Source of the DNA: Candidatus Omnitrophota bacterium
GTDB taxonomy: Bacteria > Omnitrophota > Gorgyraeia > Gygaellales > Profunditerraquicolaceae
DNA length: 64,000 nucleotides
Direction of reading: 5' to 3'
Assembly (NCBI GenBank): GCA_026387335.1
Contig: JAPLLX010000001.1
Coordinates: forward strand, 234,620-298,619
Positions 16,280 to 26,651 of this stretch are shown here, in pieces; positions within the stretch are counted from its first letter, which is position 1, and each line of letters starts with the position of its first letter. The notes beneath the pieces are model-generated. The model made no database searches and was not told the origin of the DNA. It worked only from the letters and a program-made list of their open reading frames with translations. The position numbers and the translations under genes were made by a program.

Positions 16280-17026
16280 ATGGTAAAAAACATTGAACGG
16301 GAAGCCAGAAAACGGGCAATTCTTGCCACTACTATTAACCGGTATATCCTGGAAGCTCTACCTATTGCTTCTGAAGAATTAGCCGAACATTTTAACTTGA
16401 GCTCCGCAACAATAAGGAATGTATTCAGCGAACTTGAGGATGAGGGGTATCTGACTCATCTTTATACTTCCGGCGGAAGGATCCCTACTGAAAAAGGCTA
16501 CCGTTATTATGTAGATTCTCTGCTTTTACAGATGCAACTTTTAGACGATGAGAAGGGCAGGATCACCAAAGAATATACGAAGAAGATCAAGCGGATGGAA
16601 GATGTTTTAGAAGAGACATCTAAGGTGATCGCGGAGGCGACACATTATACGGGAATAGTTTCATTTTTAGAATGGCAGGATAAGATGTTTTACAAGGGGT
16701 TAAGCCGGATTTTAGAGCAGCCGGAATTTAAAAATACGCAAAAGTTACACTTACTGATCAGGATAATCGAGGATAAGCAGCAGTTGTTAGAACTTATTAA
16801 CCGGGATTTTCCGGATAGGGTTAAGGTTTATATAGGACAGGAACTGGAGAGCCCGGAGATGGCAGATTGTTCTTTAGTTGTTTCGGGTTACCGCCGCAGG
16901 AATAAGCCGCAGGGAAAACTCGCGGTGCTTGGCCCGCTGCGCATGGAATATAACCATATCATTCCGGCGTTAGAGTATATTTCGGATGTATTAAGCGCAG
17001 CTTTGGAGAATATTGATGGCGAATGA
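16280..17026 (+). CDS. hrcA: Heat-inducible transcription repressor HrcA (short form, 248 aa).
   Basis: N-terminal winged-helix region ILATTINRYILEALPIASEELAEHFNLSSATIRN, typical of HrcA. Operon context with grpE-dnaK-dnaJ and CIRCE. Confidence 0.85.
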   Translation: MVKNIEREARKRAILATTINRYILEALPIASEELAEHFNLSSATIRNVFSELEDEGYLTHLYTSGGRIPTEKGYRYYVDSLLLQMQLLDDEKGRITKEYTKKIKRMEDVLEETSKVIAEATHYTGIVSFLEWQDKMFYKGLSRILEQPEFKNTQKLHLLIRIIEDKQQLLELINRDFPDRVKVYIGQELESPEMADCSLVVSGYRRRNKPQGKLAVLGPLRMEYNHIIPALEYISDVLSAALENIDGE

Positions 17027-17555
17027 GCACAAACAAAATAATAACCCGGAAGATAAGATTGTAACCTTAAAAGAATCTGAATACCTGAAGCTTAAAGAGG
17101 ACGCTTTGAAGGCTAAGGATTCTACGGATAAGGTTTTACGTTTACAGGCGGACTTTGAGAATACGCGCAAACGCCTTGAACGGGAAAAACAGGATTTCGT
17201 GAAATTCGCCAATGAAGGCATTATTCTGGAGCTATTAAATGTTTTGGATGATTTAGAACGCAGTGTAAGCCTGGCGGAAACGCATAAAGAGGATTTAATG
17301 GTGTTTCTTAAAGGCGTGGAAATGATCCTGGCTCACCTTTACGAGATGCTTAAGGAGTATGGGCTAAAGCCGATTGAGGCGCAGGGAAGGATATTCGACC
17401 CGCATTATCACGAAGCCCTTTTACAGGTAGAAAACAAGGATTTGCCGGAGCATACGGTGGTTGAGGAATTGCAAAAAGGTTATTTATTAAATGAGCGGGT
17501 GATTCGTACCGCTAAGGTAAAAGTTTCCAAGAAACTGGAGGTGTCAAATGGCTAA
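17013..17555 (+). CDS. grpE: Nucleotide exchange factor GrpE.
   Basis: [17 protein letters not shown] signature. Operon position. Confidence 0.9.
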   Translation: MMANEHKQNNNPEDKIVTLKESEYLKLKEDALKAKDSTDKVLRLQADFENTRKRLEREKQDFVKFANEGIILELLNVLDDLERSVSLAETHKEDLMVFLKGVEMILAHLYEMLKEYGLKPIEAQGRIFDPHYHEALLQVENKDLPEHTVVEELQKGYLLNERVIRTAKVKVSKKLEVSNG

Positions 17556-19434
17556 GGTCATCGGTATTGACTTAGGAACATCAAATTCAGCAGCAGCAGT
17601 TATGGAAGGCGGCAGGCCCGTTATAATTCCTTCGGCTGAAGGCGCGGGAGTGGCTTCAGGAAAGGCGTTTCCTTCTTATGTCGCTTTTACTAAAGACGGC
17701 CAGCGTTTAGTCGGTGAGCCGGCAAGGCGCCAAGCAGCAATAAATGCCGAAGGCACTATACAGGCAGCTAAGCGCAAGATGGGCACGGATTTTAAATTTA
17801 AAGTCTTTGGCAAAGAATATTCGCCGCAACAGATCTCGGCGTTTATTTTGCAAAAGATTAAACAGGACGCGGAGAGTTATTTAGGCGATAAGATCGAGGA
17901 AGTGGTTATCACCTGCCCGGCGTACTTCGACGATAACCAACGTCAGGCAACTAAAGACGCTGGAGAAATAGCCGGATTAAAGGTTTTGCGTATTATTAAT
18001 GAGCCTACTGCCGCCTGTCTGGCTTATGGCTTGGAGAAAGCCCAGAAGGCCCAGAAGATCATGGTTTTTGATTTAGGCGGCGGCACTTTGGATGTAACCA
18101 TAATGGAGATGGATCAGGGCGTATTCCATGTGCAGTCAACGTCCGGAGATACGCAGTTAGGCGGCACGGATATGGATAAGGTTATGCTGGAATATATTGC
18201 CGCGCAATTCAAGCGGGAAACCGGCATTGACCTGATGAATGATAAGATGGCGGTGCAGAGGGTGCGCGAAGCCGCGGAAAAAGCCAAGATTGAATTATCT
18301 TCAACAGTGAGCACAGATATAAACCTGCCGTTTATTACAGCGGATGCTACGGGCCCAAAACATCTGACTATGACTATAACCCGGGCAAAATTAGAGGACC
18401 TTATTGCGCCGATAATTGAGCGGTGCAAACATCCGATGGAGCAGGCGCTGAGTGATGCGAAATTAACCGCTAAGGAGATAGATCGTATTATCATGGTTGG
18501 CGGGCCCACGCGTATGCCGATAGTGCAGAAATTTGTCGAAGATTATGTAGGTAAGAAGATTGAACGCGGGGTTGACCCTATGGAATGTGTGGCTTTGGGT
18601 GCCGCGGTCCAGGCAGCGATTATTAAGGGCGATGTTAAGGATGTCCTGTTACTTGACGTTACTCCGCTCTCTTTAGGCATAGAAACCTTAGGAGGAGTAA
18701 ACACAAAGTTAATTGAAAGAAACGCTTCTATCCCCACGCAAAAGAGCCAGATATTCTCTACTGCCGCTGATAACCAAACCGCGGTGACTATCCGGGTTCT
18801 GCAGGGCGAACGGCCCATGGCCGACGATAATGTGGAACTGGGAAGGTTTGATTTGGTGGGTATCCCTGCCGCGGCCCGCGGTATTCCCCAAATTGAAGTA
18901 AAATTTGATATTGATCGCGATGGCATTGTGCATGTTTCCGCCAAAGATTTAGGCACGGGCAAGGAGCAATCTATTCGCATTACGGCGCCTAAGAAATTGT
19001 CTAAAGAAGAGATCGATAGGATGGTTAAAGACGCGGAAAAATTTGCCGCGGATGACACCAAGAAAAAAGAAGAGATCGAGACTATTAATCAGGCCGATAA
19101 CCTGGTTTACGCGACCGAAAAATCGTTAAAGGATTACGGTGATAAGGTCTCTCAGGCCGAGAGAGCGGATATTGAAGCTAAGGCTAACGATTTAAAAGCC
19201 GCGATAAAAGATAAGAACGTGGAAAGAATCAAAAAAGGAATGGAAGATTTAAGCCGCGCTTCGCATAAACTGGCGGAGGAGATTTACAAACAGGCAGCCA
19301 GCAAACAGCAGGCAAAAACAGGCCAAACCGGGCCAGGGCCTGATGAGGCTCAAGAAGCCCCCAAAGAAGAAAATAAAAAAGAGGAAGAGATCATTGACGC
19401 TGATTTTAAAGAAGAGGATAACGGTAAGAAATAA
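17548..19434 (+). CDS. dnaK: Chaperone DnaK (Hsp70).
   Basis: [18 protein letters not shown]. Full Hsp70 architecture. Acidic C-terminus. Confidence 0.97.
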   Translation: MAKVIGIDLGTSNSAAAVMEGGRPVIIPSAEGAGVASGKAFPSYVAFTKDGQRLVGEPARRQAAINAEGTIQAAKRKMGTDFKFKVFGKEYSPQQISAFILQKIKQDAESYLGDKIEEVVITCPAYFDDNQRQATKDAGEIAGLKVLRIINEPTAACLAYGLEKAQKAQKIMVFDLGGGTLDVTIMEMDQGVFHVQSTSGDTQLGGTDMDKVMLEYIAAQFKRETGIDLMNDKMAVQRVREAAEKAKIELSSTVSTDINLPFITADATGPKHLTMTITRAKLEDLIAPIIERCKHPMEQALSDAKLTAKEIDRIIMVGGPTRMPIVQKFVEDYVGKKIERGVDPMECVALGAAVQAAIIKGDVKDVLLLDVTPLSLGIETLGGVNTKLIERNASIPTQKSQIFSTAADNQTAVTIRVLQGERPMADDNVELGRFDLVGIPAAARGIPQIEVKFDIDRDGIVHVSAKDLGTGKEQSIRITAPKKLSKEEIDRMVKDAEKFAADDTKKKEEIETINQADNLVYATEKSLKDYGDKVSQAERADIEAKANDLKAAIKDKNVERIKKGMEDLSRASHKLAEEIYKQAASKQQAKTGQTGPGPDEAQEAPKEENKKEEEIIDADFKEEDNGKK

Positions 19435-19446
19435 AGATTAATTATT

Positions 19447-20571
19447 ATGGCGGCTACTAAACGCGATTATTACGAAATCTTGGGTGCGCAAAAGAACGCC
19501 AGTCTTGATGAAATCAAAAAAGCGTATCGTGAGCTGGCCTTGAAATTTCATCCTGACCGGGTCCCGCATGAGCAGAAAAAAGAGGCGGAAGAAAAGTTCA
19601 AGGAGATCTCTGAGGCTTATGCTGTTTTATCCGATTCCCAAAAACGCGCTTTGTATGACCAATACGGCCATTCCGGAATAGACCAGAAATACGCGCAGGA
19701 AGACATTTTTAAGAACGCGGATTTCAGCAGTGTATTCCAGGACTTAGGTGATGTGGGTTTAGGCGGAGGATTATTTGACGAGATATTCAGTGATTTAGGT
19801 TATGATTTTTTTAGCTCTAACCGCTCAGCCGGGAGTTCCGGGGCCAGGCGCAGGGGAAGAGACCTGCAGATTTCCGTAAGTATAACCTTAGAAGAGGCGG
19901 CTAGAGGCACGGAAAAAACAATTACTGTGCCCCGCTATGAGACTTGTTCTACTTGCGCGGGAACCGGCGCTAAACCCGGGACAAGAAGGAGTACTTGTTC
20001 TCAATGCAAGGGTTCGGGAAGGGTAGTTGTTGCTAAGGGATTTTTCCAATTAGCCCAGGCCTGCAGCCGTTGCGGCGGCGAAGGTTCAGTAATCCAGTCA
20101 CCCTGTTCTGAATGCCGGGGTCAGGGAAGGGTCAAGGTTACGCGTAAAATCAAAGTAAAAATTCCCGCCGGAGTAGATAGCGGGTCCAATTTAAGGGTCC
20201 GCGGCGAAGGCGAAGCAGGAGCGGCTTCCAAGGGAGATTTATACGTAATTATAGAGGTAACGCCCAGTTCAATTTTTCAGAGGCACGATAATAATATATT
20301 AATCGAGGTTAATATAAGTTTGAGTAAAGCTGTGCTGGGCGGGGATATTATTGTTTCTACCTTGGACGGGAAAGTGGATATGAAAATACCTGCCGGTACG
20401 CAGGGAGGGAGTATATTCAGGCTAAGAGGTAAAGGTATACAGGACTTACACGGCAGGGGAACGGGGGATGAGCTGGTAAAAATAAATGTGGAGATCCCTA
20501 AACGCTTGACTTCCCAACAGCTTAAGCTTATGGAAGAATTCGCCCGCATTTCAGGAGAGAAGACTAGATAA
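19447..20571 (+). CDS. dnaJ: Chaperone DnaJ.
   Basis: J-domain HPD (KFHPDR). Gly/Phe region. Four CxxCxGxG zinc-finger repeats. Confidence 0.95.
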   Translation: MAATKRDYYEILGAQKNASLDEIKKAYRELALKFHPDRVPHEQKKEAEEKFKEISEAYAVLSDSQKRALYDQYGHSGIDQKYAQEDIFKNADFSSVFQDLGDVGLGGGLFDEIFSDLGYDFFSSNRSAGSSGARRRGRDLQISVSITLEEAARGTEKTITVPRYETCSTCAGTGAKPGTRRSTCSQCKGSGRVVVAKGFFQLAQACSRCGGEGSVIQSPCSECRGQGRVKVTRKIKVKIPAGVDSGSNLRVRGEGEAGAASKGDLYVIIEVTPSSIFQRHDNNILIEVNISLSKAVLGGDIIVSTLDGKVDMKIPAGTQGGSIFRLRGKGIQDLHGRGTGDELVKINVEIPKRLTSQQLKLMEEFARISGEKTR

Positions 20572-20585
20572 AAATATAGGAAAAT

Positions 20586-20641
20586 GCTCCGCGCATAGCG
20601 CGGAGTAAACAAGCGTTAAGCGCCGGGGGCAACGCTTGTTT
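20586..20641 (+). terminator. Two consecutive hairpins after dnaJ (possible terminator/attenuator).
   Basis: GCTCCGCGC-ATA-GCGCGGAGT (20586-20606), then AAACAAGCGTT-13nt-AACGCTTGTTT (20607-20641). The second abuts the AAGGAG RBS of the next gene. Confidence 0.5.
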
Positions 20642-20653
20642 AAGGAGAAAGAT

Positions 20654-20923
20654 ATGCCGACTTATGAATATGAATGCGTAAATTGTAACAAGATATTTGA
20701 TATATTCCAGAAGATGACTGATAAGCCGCTGGATAAGTGCCCGAAATGCCATAAAAAAATCAGCCGGCTCATTGGCGGCGGAGCCGGCGTAATCTTTAAA
20801 GGTTCGGGGTTTTACGCTACGGATTACCGTAAGCCAAAAAAGGAAAAGCCTGCTTCTTCGGGAAAAGCCGGAACCTGTCCTGCTCCCAAGGGAGGATGTG
20901 ACAGTTGTCCGCACGCCCACTAA
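20654..20923 (+). CDS. FmdB-family zinc-ribbon putative regulatory protein.
   Basis: MPTYEYEC-x-C ... CPKC motif. Gly-rich tail. ORF-track start at 20636 is probably upstream of the real ATG at 20654, which is preceded by AAGGAG. Confidence 0.75.
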   Translation: MPTYEYECVNCNKIFDIFQKMTDKPLDKCPKCHKKISRLIGGGAGVIFKGSGFYATDYRKPKKEKPASSGKAGTCPAPKGGCDSCPHAH

Positions 20924-20926
20924 AAA

Positions 20927-22213
20927 ATGATAAGGATCAAGCCATTTAACGCGGTTTTTTATAATAAAGAGAAGGTAAAAAACTTATCTTCGGTCGTCTG
21001 CCCGCCGTATGATATTATTTCACCCGTCCAACAGGACTATTACCATGATCTTGACCCGTATAATTTCATTCATGTTCTTTTGGGTAAGGATATTCCGGGA
21101 GAAAATAAATACAAACGTTCCAAATCAATTTTTAACAATTGGCTTAAAGATAGGTTTTTGATTCAGGATACGAAACCTTGCATATATTTTTATAGCCAGG
21201 AATATAATATCAGAGGGGAAAAGAAAACCCGGCTGGGTTTTATCGCGCTTTTAAGGCTGGGGAGTAATGATTCTCCTGTGTTTGGGCATGAACATACGCG
21301 GATTGAGGCAAAAGAAGACAGGCTAAAGATTACCAGGAATGTTAATGCTAATTTAAGCCCTATATTTATTGTAGCTAAGGATAAACAACGGGTTATCCAG
21401 CGCGTATTTGCGCAGCATATTAAAAATGAGACGCCGTTTATGGAAACCGCGGATAATGAAAAGACAGTGCATAAGATCTGGAGGATAGCTACTCCTGAAG
21501 TGTTGAATATGATAGAATCTGGCATGCTCAAGGAGGATGCTTTTATCGCTGACGGGCACCATAGGTATGAGGTCTCCTGCGCTTACCGGGATGAGCTAAA
21601 AGAAAAAATGCAAGGTAGGTTTTCTGAAGAGTCCAGTTTTAATTATACCCTGGCCTATTTCACTAATACTGACCAGCGTGGGCTATCCATACTGCCGATT
21701 CATCGCCTGCTTAAGTTAGACAAACCGCTGGATTTGGATAATTTTCTTGCGCAGTTGAAAAAATATTTTGACGTGGAAGAAGTTAAAGATAAGTCCCGCT
21801 TTTTCTTTCTTATGGAGAAGGGCGGACAAGCAGAACATTTGCTGGGTATGTATAAAAATAAAAGGTATTGGCTCCTGCGTTTAAAAAATATTAAGCTTTT
21901 GGATAAACTTATTAGCGATAAGCCCAAGGAATACCGTACGCTGGATGTTTCTATTTTGAACCATCTAGTTTTTAAGGATATATTAGGTTACGATTCAGCG
22001 AACAGGGATAGCCTTAAATACAGCCCCAGCCCGCAGGATTTTATTGACGCCGCGGGAGCTTGCCCGTTAAGTATAGCCTTTTTCCTAAATCCGGTGAAGA
22101 TGGAACAAATTATCGCGGTAGCTTTAAACGGAAACAAAATGCCGGCTAAATCCACCTATTTTTATCCGAAGGTTTTATCAGGTTTAGTTATTCATAAACA
22201 TGAGGAGATATAA
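20927..22213 (+). CDS. DUF1015-family protein.
   Basis: N-terminal IKPF ... VCPPYDIIS matches the DUF1015 start. About 430 aa. Confidence 0.6.
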   Translation: MIRIKPFNAVFYNKEKVKNLSSVVCPPYDIISPVQQDYYHDLDPYNFIHVLLGKDIPGENKYKRSKSIFNNWLKDRFLIQDTKPCIYFYSQEYNIRGEKKTRLGFIALLRLGSNDSPVFGHEHTRIEAKEDRLKITRNVNANLSPIFIVAKDKQRVIQRVFAQHIKNETPFMETADNEKTVHKIWRIATPEVLNMIESGMLKEDAFIADGHHRYEVSCAYRDELKEKMQGRFSEESSFNYTLAYFTNTDQRGLSILPIHRLLKLDKPLDLDNFLAQLKKYFDVEEVKDKSRFFFLMEKGGQAEHLLGMYKNKRYWLLRLKNIKLLDKLISDKPKEYRTLDVSILNHLVFKDILGYDSANRDSLKYSPSPQDFIDAAGACPLSIAFFLNPVKMEQIIAVALNGNKMPAKSTYFYPKVLSGLVIHKHEEI

Positions 22214-22218
22214 ATAAG

Positions 22219-23058
22219 ATGGCTCTCTTCGGAAAACCGAAATATACCATTGTCAGGGTAAAGAAGAAAGAGATCCCGGAAGGGCTTTGGGCTAAATGCG
22301 AAGAATGTTCCGAGACTCTTTATAATAAAACTATTGAAGAGAACCTTAAAGTTTGTCCTAAGTGCGGAAGTCATTTTTCTCTCGGAGCCTATGAAAGAAT
22401 AAATATGCTTTTGGACAAAGATACTTTTAAGGAATATGATAAAGATATGCTTTCAGCAGATCCTTTAGATTTTAAGGGCCCCAAGACTTACAAAGATAAA
22501 CTAAAACAGGATCAGCTTATTACCGGTTTAAATGACGCGGTTGTTTCCGGAGAGGGCCAGCTGGAGCATAAAAAAATAGTTATAGCGGTTACCGACTCGC
22601 GTTTTATTATGGGCTCAATGGGTTCGGTAGTCGGAGAAAAAATAACCCGGGCAATTGAAGAAGCGACTAAAAATAAACTCTCTTTAATCATTGTTTCCGG
22701 CTCAGGCGGAGGCGCAAGGATGTATGAAGGTATGCTCAGTCTTATGCAGATGTCCAAAACCTGCGCAGCTTTAAGCTATCACCGCAAAGCAAAACTACCC
22801 TATATTTCCGTACTTACTAACCCTACTATGGGAGGAGTTATGGCATCTTTTGCCGGGGTGGGGGATATTATTATTGCTGAACCCCGGGCTCTGATTGGCT
22901 TTGCCGGCCCCCGGGTTATTGAGCAGACTATAAGGCAAAAACTTCCTGCGGGTTTCCAACGTTCAGAATTTTTACTTGAGCACGGCCTCATAGATATGAT
23001 TGTGCAGCGTAAGAACCTTAAGTCTACTTTAAGCCAATTACTTGATTATTTAAGTTAA
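22219..23058 (+). CDS. accD: Acetyl-CoA carboxylase carboxyltransferase beta subunit.
   Basis: N-terminal C4 zinc finger (CEECSETLY ... CPKCGSH). Carboxyltransferase domain GSMGSVVGEK. Confidence 0.92.
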   Translation: MALFGKPKYTIVRVKKKEIPEGLWAKCEECSETLYNKTIEENLKVCPKCGSHFSLGAYERINMLLDKDTFKEYDKDMLSADPLDFKGPKTYKDKLKQDQLITGLNDAVVSGEGQLEHKKIVIAVTDSRFIMGSMGSVVGEKITRAIEEATKNKLSLIIVSGSGGGARMYEGMLSLMQMSKTCAALSYHRKAKLPYISVLTNPTMGGVMASFAGVGDIIIAEPRALIGFAGPRVIEQTIRQKLPAGFQRSEFLLEHGLIDMIVQRKNLKSTLSQLLDYLS

Positions 23059-23098
23059 ATTTAATATAATAATTAATAATGTAAGTTAAACAATAGCT

Positions 23099-23195
23099 TC
23101 GTGCAGAGCACGAGGCACAGCTAAATCGAGTGGCACGACTAAACACTTGCCGGGGGCAAGTGTAAATTAGTCGTAAACGCCAGAGGCACGACTAA
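23099..23195 (+). promoter_or_regulatory. Structured repeat region: short hairpin, long interrupted inverted repeat, direct repeat GGCACGACTAA x2.
   Basis: TCGTGC-AGA-GCACGA at 23099-23113. CGACTAA+ACACTTGCC-GGG-GGCAAGTGT+(AAA)+TTAGTCG at 23136-23173. GGCACGACTAA at 23132-23142 and 23185-23195. Ends 8 nt before the RBS of the ABC ATPase gene. Confidence 0.5.
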
Positions 23196-23209
23196 TTTAA
23201 AGGAGAAAT

Positions 23210-24313
23210 ATGGCTCAGGTAAGTTTGAAAAATGTCTGCAAGGTTTTTGCGGGTAACATAAAGGCTGTAGATAATGTGAACATGGGTATTGAGAATAAGG
23301 AGTTTATGGTTTTAGTCGGCCCCTCCGGATGCGGAAAATCCACAACCCTAAGGATGATCGCCGGCTTAGAAGAGATAAGCTCAGGCGATATTTATATAGG
23401 TAATAAAATAGTTAACGATGTCCCGGCAAAAGACAGGGATATTGCCATGGTTTTTCAGAATTACGCCTTATACCCGCATATGACGGTTTTTGAGAATATG
23501 TCGTTCGGATTGCGGCTTAGGCGCATACCGAAGTCCGAGATTAACCAACGCGTAAATGATGCCGCGGACATATTGGGCATCAAGAGGCTGTTGCATCGGC
23601 GGCCGAAAGAACTTTCCGGCGGCGAGCGCCAGCGGGTAGCAGTAGGAAGAGCGATTGTGCGCAAGCCACTGGTATTTTTATTTGATGAGCCCTTAAGCAA
23701 CCTGGATGCCAAGATGCGCGTTCAGATGCGCACCGAAATACATAAATTACATATAAGGCTTCAGACCACCATAATTTATGTCACTCATGACCAGGTGGAA
23801 GCTATGACCATGGGGGACAGGATTGCCGTAATGAAAGACGGCATTCTGCATCAGGTCGCCGACCCGATAACTGTTTACGACCATCCCAGAAATAAGTTTG
23901 TCGCCGGTTTTATTGGTTCGCCTCCGATGAATTTTATGAATGGCCGGATAATTAAAAAGGACGGACGTCTCTATTTTGACGAGGGTAAAATTGTGGTTAA
24001 GTTGGTGGATGATATGCGCCAAAAGATGAATGCCTATGTTAATAGGGATATAATTTTCGGTATCCGTTCCGAAGATATTTATGATAAGCTTTTTGTTTCG
24101 GAGGCTCCGCCGGAAAATATCGTAAGGGTCAACTGCGAAGTTTATGAACCAATGGGTTCAGAAGTTTACCTCTACTTAAATACCGGTAGGCATACTTTTA
24201 TCGCCCGCGTAGGCGCGCATAACCGGCCTAAAATAAACCAGGAAATGGATCTTGTTTTTGATATGAGTAAGGTCCACTTTTTTGATAAAGATAGCGAAGA
24301 AACGATTATTTGA
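23210..24313 (+). CDS. ABC transporter ATP-binding protein, MalK/UgpC/MsiK type, with C-terminal TOBE-like domain.
   Basis: Walker A GPSGCGKST. Signature LSGGERQRVAVGRA. Walker B LFLFDEPLSNLD. No permease or binding-protein gene adjacent. Confidence 0.85.
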   Translation: MAQVSLKNVCKVFAGNIKAVDNVNMGIENKEFMVLVGPSGCGKSTTLRMIAGLEEISSGDIYIGNKIVNDVPAKDRDIAMVFQNYALYPHMTVFENMSFGLRLRRIPKSEINQRVNDAADILGIKRLLHRRPKELSGGERQRVAVGRAIVRKPLVFLFDEPLSNLDAKMRVQMRTEIHKLHIRLQTTIIYVTHDQVEAMTMGDRIAVMKDGILHQVADPITVYDHPRNKFVAGFIGSPPMNFMNGRIIKKDGRLYFDEGKIVVKLVDDMRQKMNAYVNRDIIFGIRSEDIYDKLFVSEAPPENIVRVNCEVYEPMGSEVYLYLNTGRHTFIARVGAHNRPKINQEMDLVFDMSKVHFFDKDSEETII

Positions 24314-24328
24314 AATAGGAAGACAGAT

Positions 24329-25627
24329 ATGCCCAATCCTTCAGGGAAAGTTCTTCCCTTAAAGATAACCGGCTACATAATTTCTCTCCTGTTATTTTAT
24401 TTCATCCTGCCTATTTATTTGCTCAAGTTTTGCGCAACGCCGCGTTTTGTATCTCTTGGTTTATTTTACCTCTCCAACCTCATTATCATATACTGCCTTT
24501 ACCGGAAGAATTCAGCCAGGAATTATTCATTTGATTCACTTATCCAGGATGTTCAGGAGAGGTTTAACCTTTTAAGGGTTGAATATGCAAAAGAACGCCA
24601 GAATAACGCTGCCTTAAAAGAAAAGAACAGGCGTTACCAGAGTCTTAAAAGTGTTCTCGAAAAGATTAACCAAGACCTGGATTTGGATAATGTCGCGGAT
24701 ACGCTGGCCGCGGAAGTTTTTTCGCTCATCGGAGACAATAAGGGGCTTTGTCTCCTATATTTAGTTGATAATCAGACTCAGAAACTAAACTTATTTAAGG
24801 CTAAGAAAGACGACCCCACGCTAGTAGTAAAATCCAAGGAAGGGGATATCTTTGACCACTGGGTATTGAGGCATGCCGGGCCCTTGTTGATCGAAGACAT
24901 TAAAAACGATTTCCGTTTTGACTTGGAAAAGTTAAAAACTCAGGATTCCCGCCCCATATCTTCGCTTATCAGCGCGCCGTTTATCAGTGAAAATAAATTT
25001 TTAGGCCTTATCCGGCTGGATAATAAGTCAACGCATTCCTATTCGCAGGATGATTTAAGGTTTTTAGCTTCTATTTCGGATTTGGGCGCTCTGGCGCTAG
25101 AGAATAGCGAGCTATACCAAAAAACCCAGGATCTAGCCATCCATGACGCGCTAACCTCACTTTATACTAAAGGTTATTTCGCGCAGCGCCTGAGAGAAGA
25201 ATTTAAAAGGTGTACGCGCCAGGTCATGCCGTTATCCATGCTTATGCTGGATATTGATTTATTCAAAAACTATAACGATCAATTCGGGCATACCGCAGGA
25301 GACATTGTTTTAAAAGAGATAAGCAGGATCATAAGAGAGTCCTTAAGCAATTTCAACGCCATGATCAGCCGTTTTGGCGGGGAAGAGTTCTGTGCTGTGA
25401 TAACCGGGATGGATAAAAATAGCGCTTGTAGCTTCGCGGATTCTTTACGCGCTGATATAGAGAAAGAAAAGATAATCCTGCGGCGCGTAGAAAGCCATGT
25501 AACCGTTTCTATTGGCGTGGCTAGTTTTCCTGTTGATGCCACTGACGAAGATGAATTGATCCAGCGAACAGATAAGGCTCTCTATAAAGCAAAACAAAAA
25601 GGAAGAAACAGAGTATGCTGTATTTAG
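24329..25627 (+). CDS. Membrane-anchored GAF-GGDEF diguanylate cyclase.
   Basis: Two N-terminal TM helices. GAF-like region. GGDEF domain with RFGGEEF. Confidence 0.8.
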   Translation: MPNPSGKVLPLKITGYIISLLLFYFILPIYLLKFCATPRFVSLGLFYLSNLIIIYCLYRKNSARNYSFDSLIQDVQERFNLLRVEYAKERQNNAALKEKNRRYQSLKSVLEKINQDLDLDNVADTLAAEVFSLIGDNKGLCLLYLVDNQTQKLNLFKAKKDDPTLVVKSKEGDIFDHWVLRHAGPLLIEDIKNDFRFDLEKLKTQDSRPISSLISAPFISENKFLGLIRLDNKSTHSYSQDDLRFLASISDLGALALENSELYQKTQDLAIHDALTSLYTKGYFAQRLREEFKRCTRQVMPLSMLMLDIDLFKNYNDQFGHTAGDIVLKEISRIIRESLSNFNAMISRFGGEEFCAVITGMDKNSACSFADSLRADIEKEKIILRRVESHVTVSIGVASFPVDATDEDELIQRTDKALYKAKQKGRNRVCCI

Positions 25628-26607
25628 GAGCACTGATTTTATGCACGGTATTGTCCTTGAGCCTTTTAAAGAAGATATTCAGCGCTAGCCTGATTAAGAA
25701 AGAAAATAACCTGGCTGCCTTAGAGTCTGAATATGAAAGATTATCCGAAGAGAAATCCGGGTTAATCAAGAACAACCGCAGCCTTGACGAAAAAGTAGCT
25801 CAAACAAAAGCCCTCTACAATTTTACGAAAGACATCTGTAAGACTCTGGACGAAGAAAAAATATTCGGTATTTTTAAAGCCAGGATCGGAGATTATCTTC
25901 AAGGATCAGGTGATTACCAGTTACTGAACAAAGATACTGACCTCTCAATTTACAAAGGCTGTACTATTTTTCCTTTGATTATTCAGGCTGATGTAATCGG
26001 TTATTTAATGGCCGGGGAAATTGAGGATAAAGACAAAGAAAGGTTTCAGATACTCGCCCAGCAATTCCTGATCGGTTTTAAAAGAGCGGTCCTGTTCAAG
26101 AAAATGCAGGAATTGTCCATTACCGACAGCCTGACGCTGCTATTTAGCCGCAGGCATTTCCTGGAGAGATTTAACGAGGAGTTGCGGCGTTCCAAGAAAT
26201 TCAAATATAGCTTTTCTTTCCTTATGGTAGATATAGATAAGTTTAAAGATTTTAATGACCGCTATGGTCATTTAGTAGGAGATGCCATATTAAGAGAAGT
26301 TTCTAAGACCCTAAAAGATACTCTGCGCCAGATCGATTTTGTAGGCAGGTACGGAGGTGAGGAGCTATCCGTTATTTTGGTGGAAACAGATAAGGAGCAG
26401 GCGCGAATCGCGGCGGAACGCTTGCGGCAGGCTGTAGAAGCAAGAAATATAAAGGTTTATGATGAGGAGTTAAAAGTTACCGTAAGCATAGGCATATCCG
26501 CGTTTCCTGATGACAGCTCTAGCGCTAGTACGCTTATTGAACTTGCGGATAAGGCGTTGTATATCGCTAAGCAGGAAGGCAGGAATAGGGTAAAATATTT
26601 AGCGTAA
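25615..26607 (+). CDS. GGDEF-domain protein with N-terminal coiled-coil/GAF-like region. Active-site motif reads GGEEL.
   Basis: RYGGEEL. Flanking GGDEF conserved blocks (FKDFNDRYGH, GDAIL). Overlaps the upstream paralog by 13 nt. Confidence 0.75.
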   Translation: MLYLGALILCTVLSLSLLKKIFSASLIKKENNLAALESEYERLSEEKSGLIKNNRSLDEKVAQTKALYNFTKDICKTLDEEKIFGIFKARIGDYLQGSGDYQLLNKDTDLSIYKGCTIFPLIIQADVIGYLMAGEIEDKDKERFQILAQQFLIGFKRAVLFKKMQELSITDSLTLLFSRRHFLERFNEELRRSKKFKYSFSFLMVDIDKFKDFNDRYGHLVGDAILREVSKTLKDTLRQIDFVGRYGGEELSVILVETDKEQARIAAERLRQAVEARNIKVYDEELKVTVSIGISAFPDDSSSASTLIELADKALYIAKQEGRNRVKYLA

Positions 26608-26651
26608 ATGGCTTGTAAATCTCAAGTTTTTGATATAGAATATTCCACCAT

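Noticed and set aside
18543-19061. 172-aa and 131-aa minus-strand ORFs antisense to dnaK. Also 18709-18933.
   Set aside because: Antisense ORFs within dnaK are a well-known artefact of its codon composition. They fully overlap a high-confidence gene.
20636-20653. Upstream ATG start for the FmdB-like gene as given in the ORF track (MFKEKDMPTYEY).
   Set aside because: That ATG lies inside the hairpin and overlaps the AAGGAG Shine-Dalgarno. The downstream ATG at 20654 has proper RBS spacing and begins the conserved MPTYEYEC motif.
23132-23195. CRISPR-like interpretation of the GGCACGACTAA direct repeats.
   Set aside because: Only two 11-nt copies with a 42-nt structured spacer. No array periodicity, no cas genes. 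Better explained as operator half-sites or a hairpin component.
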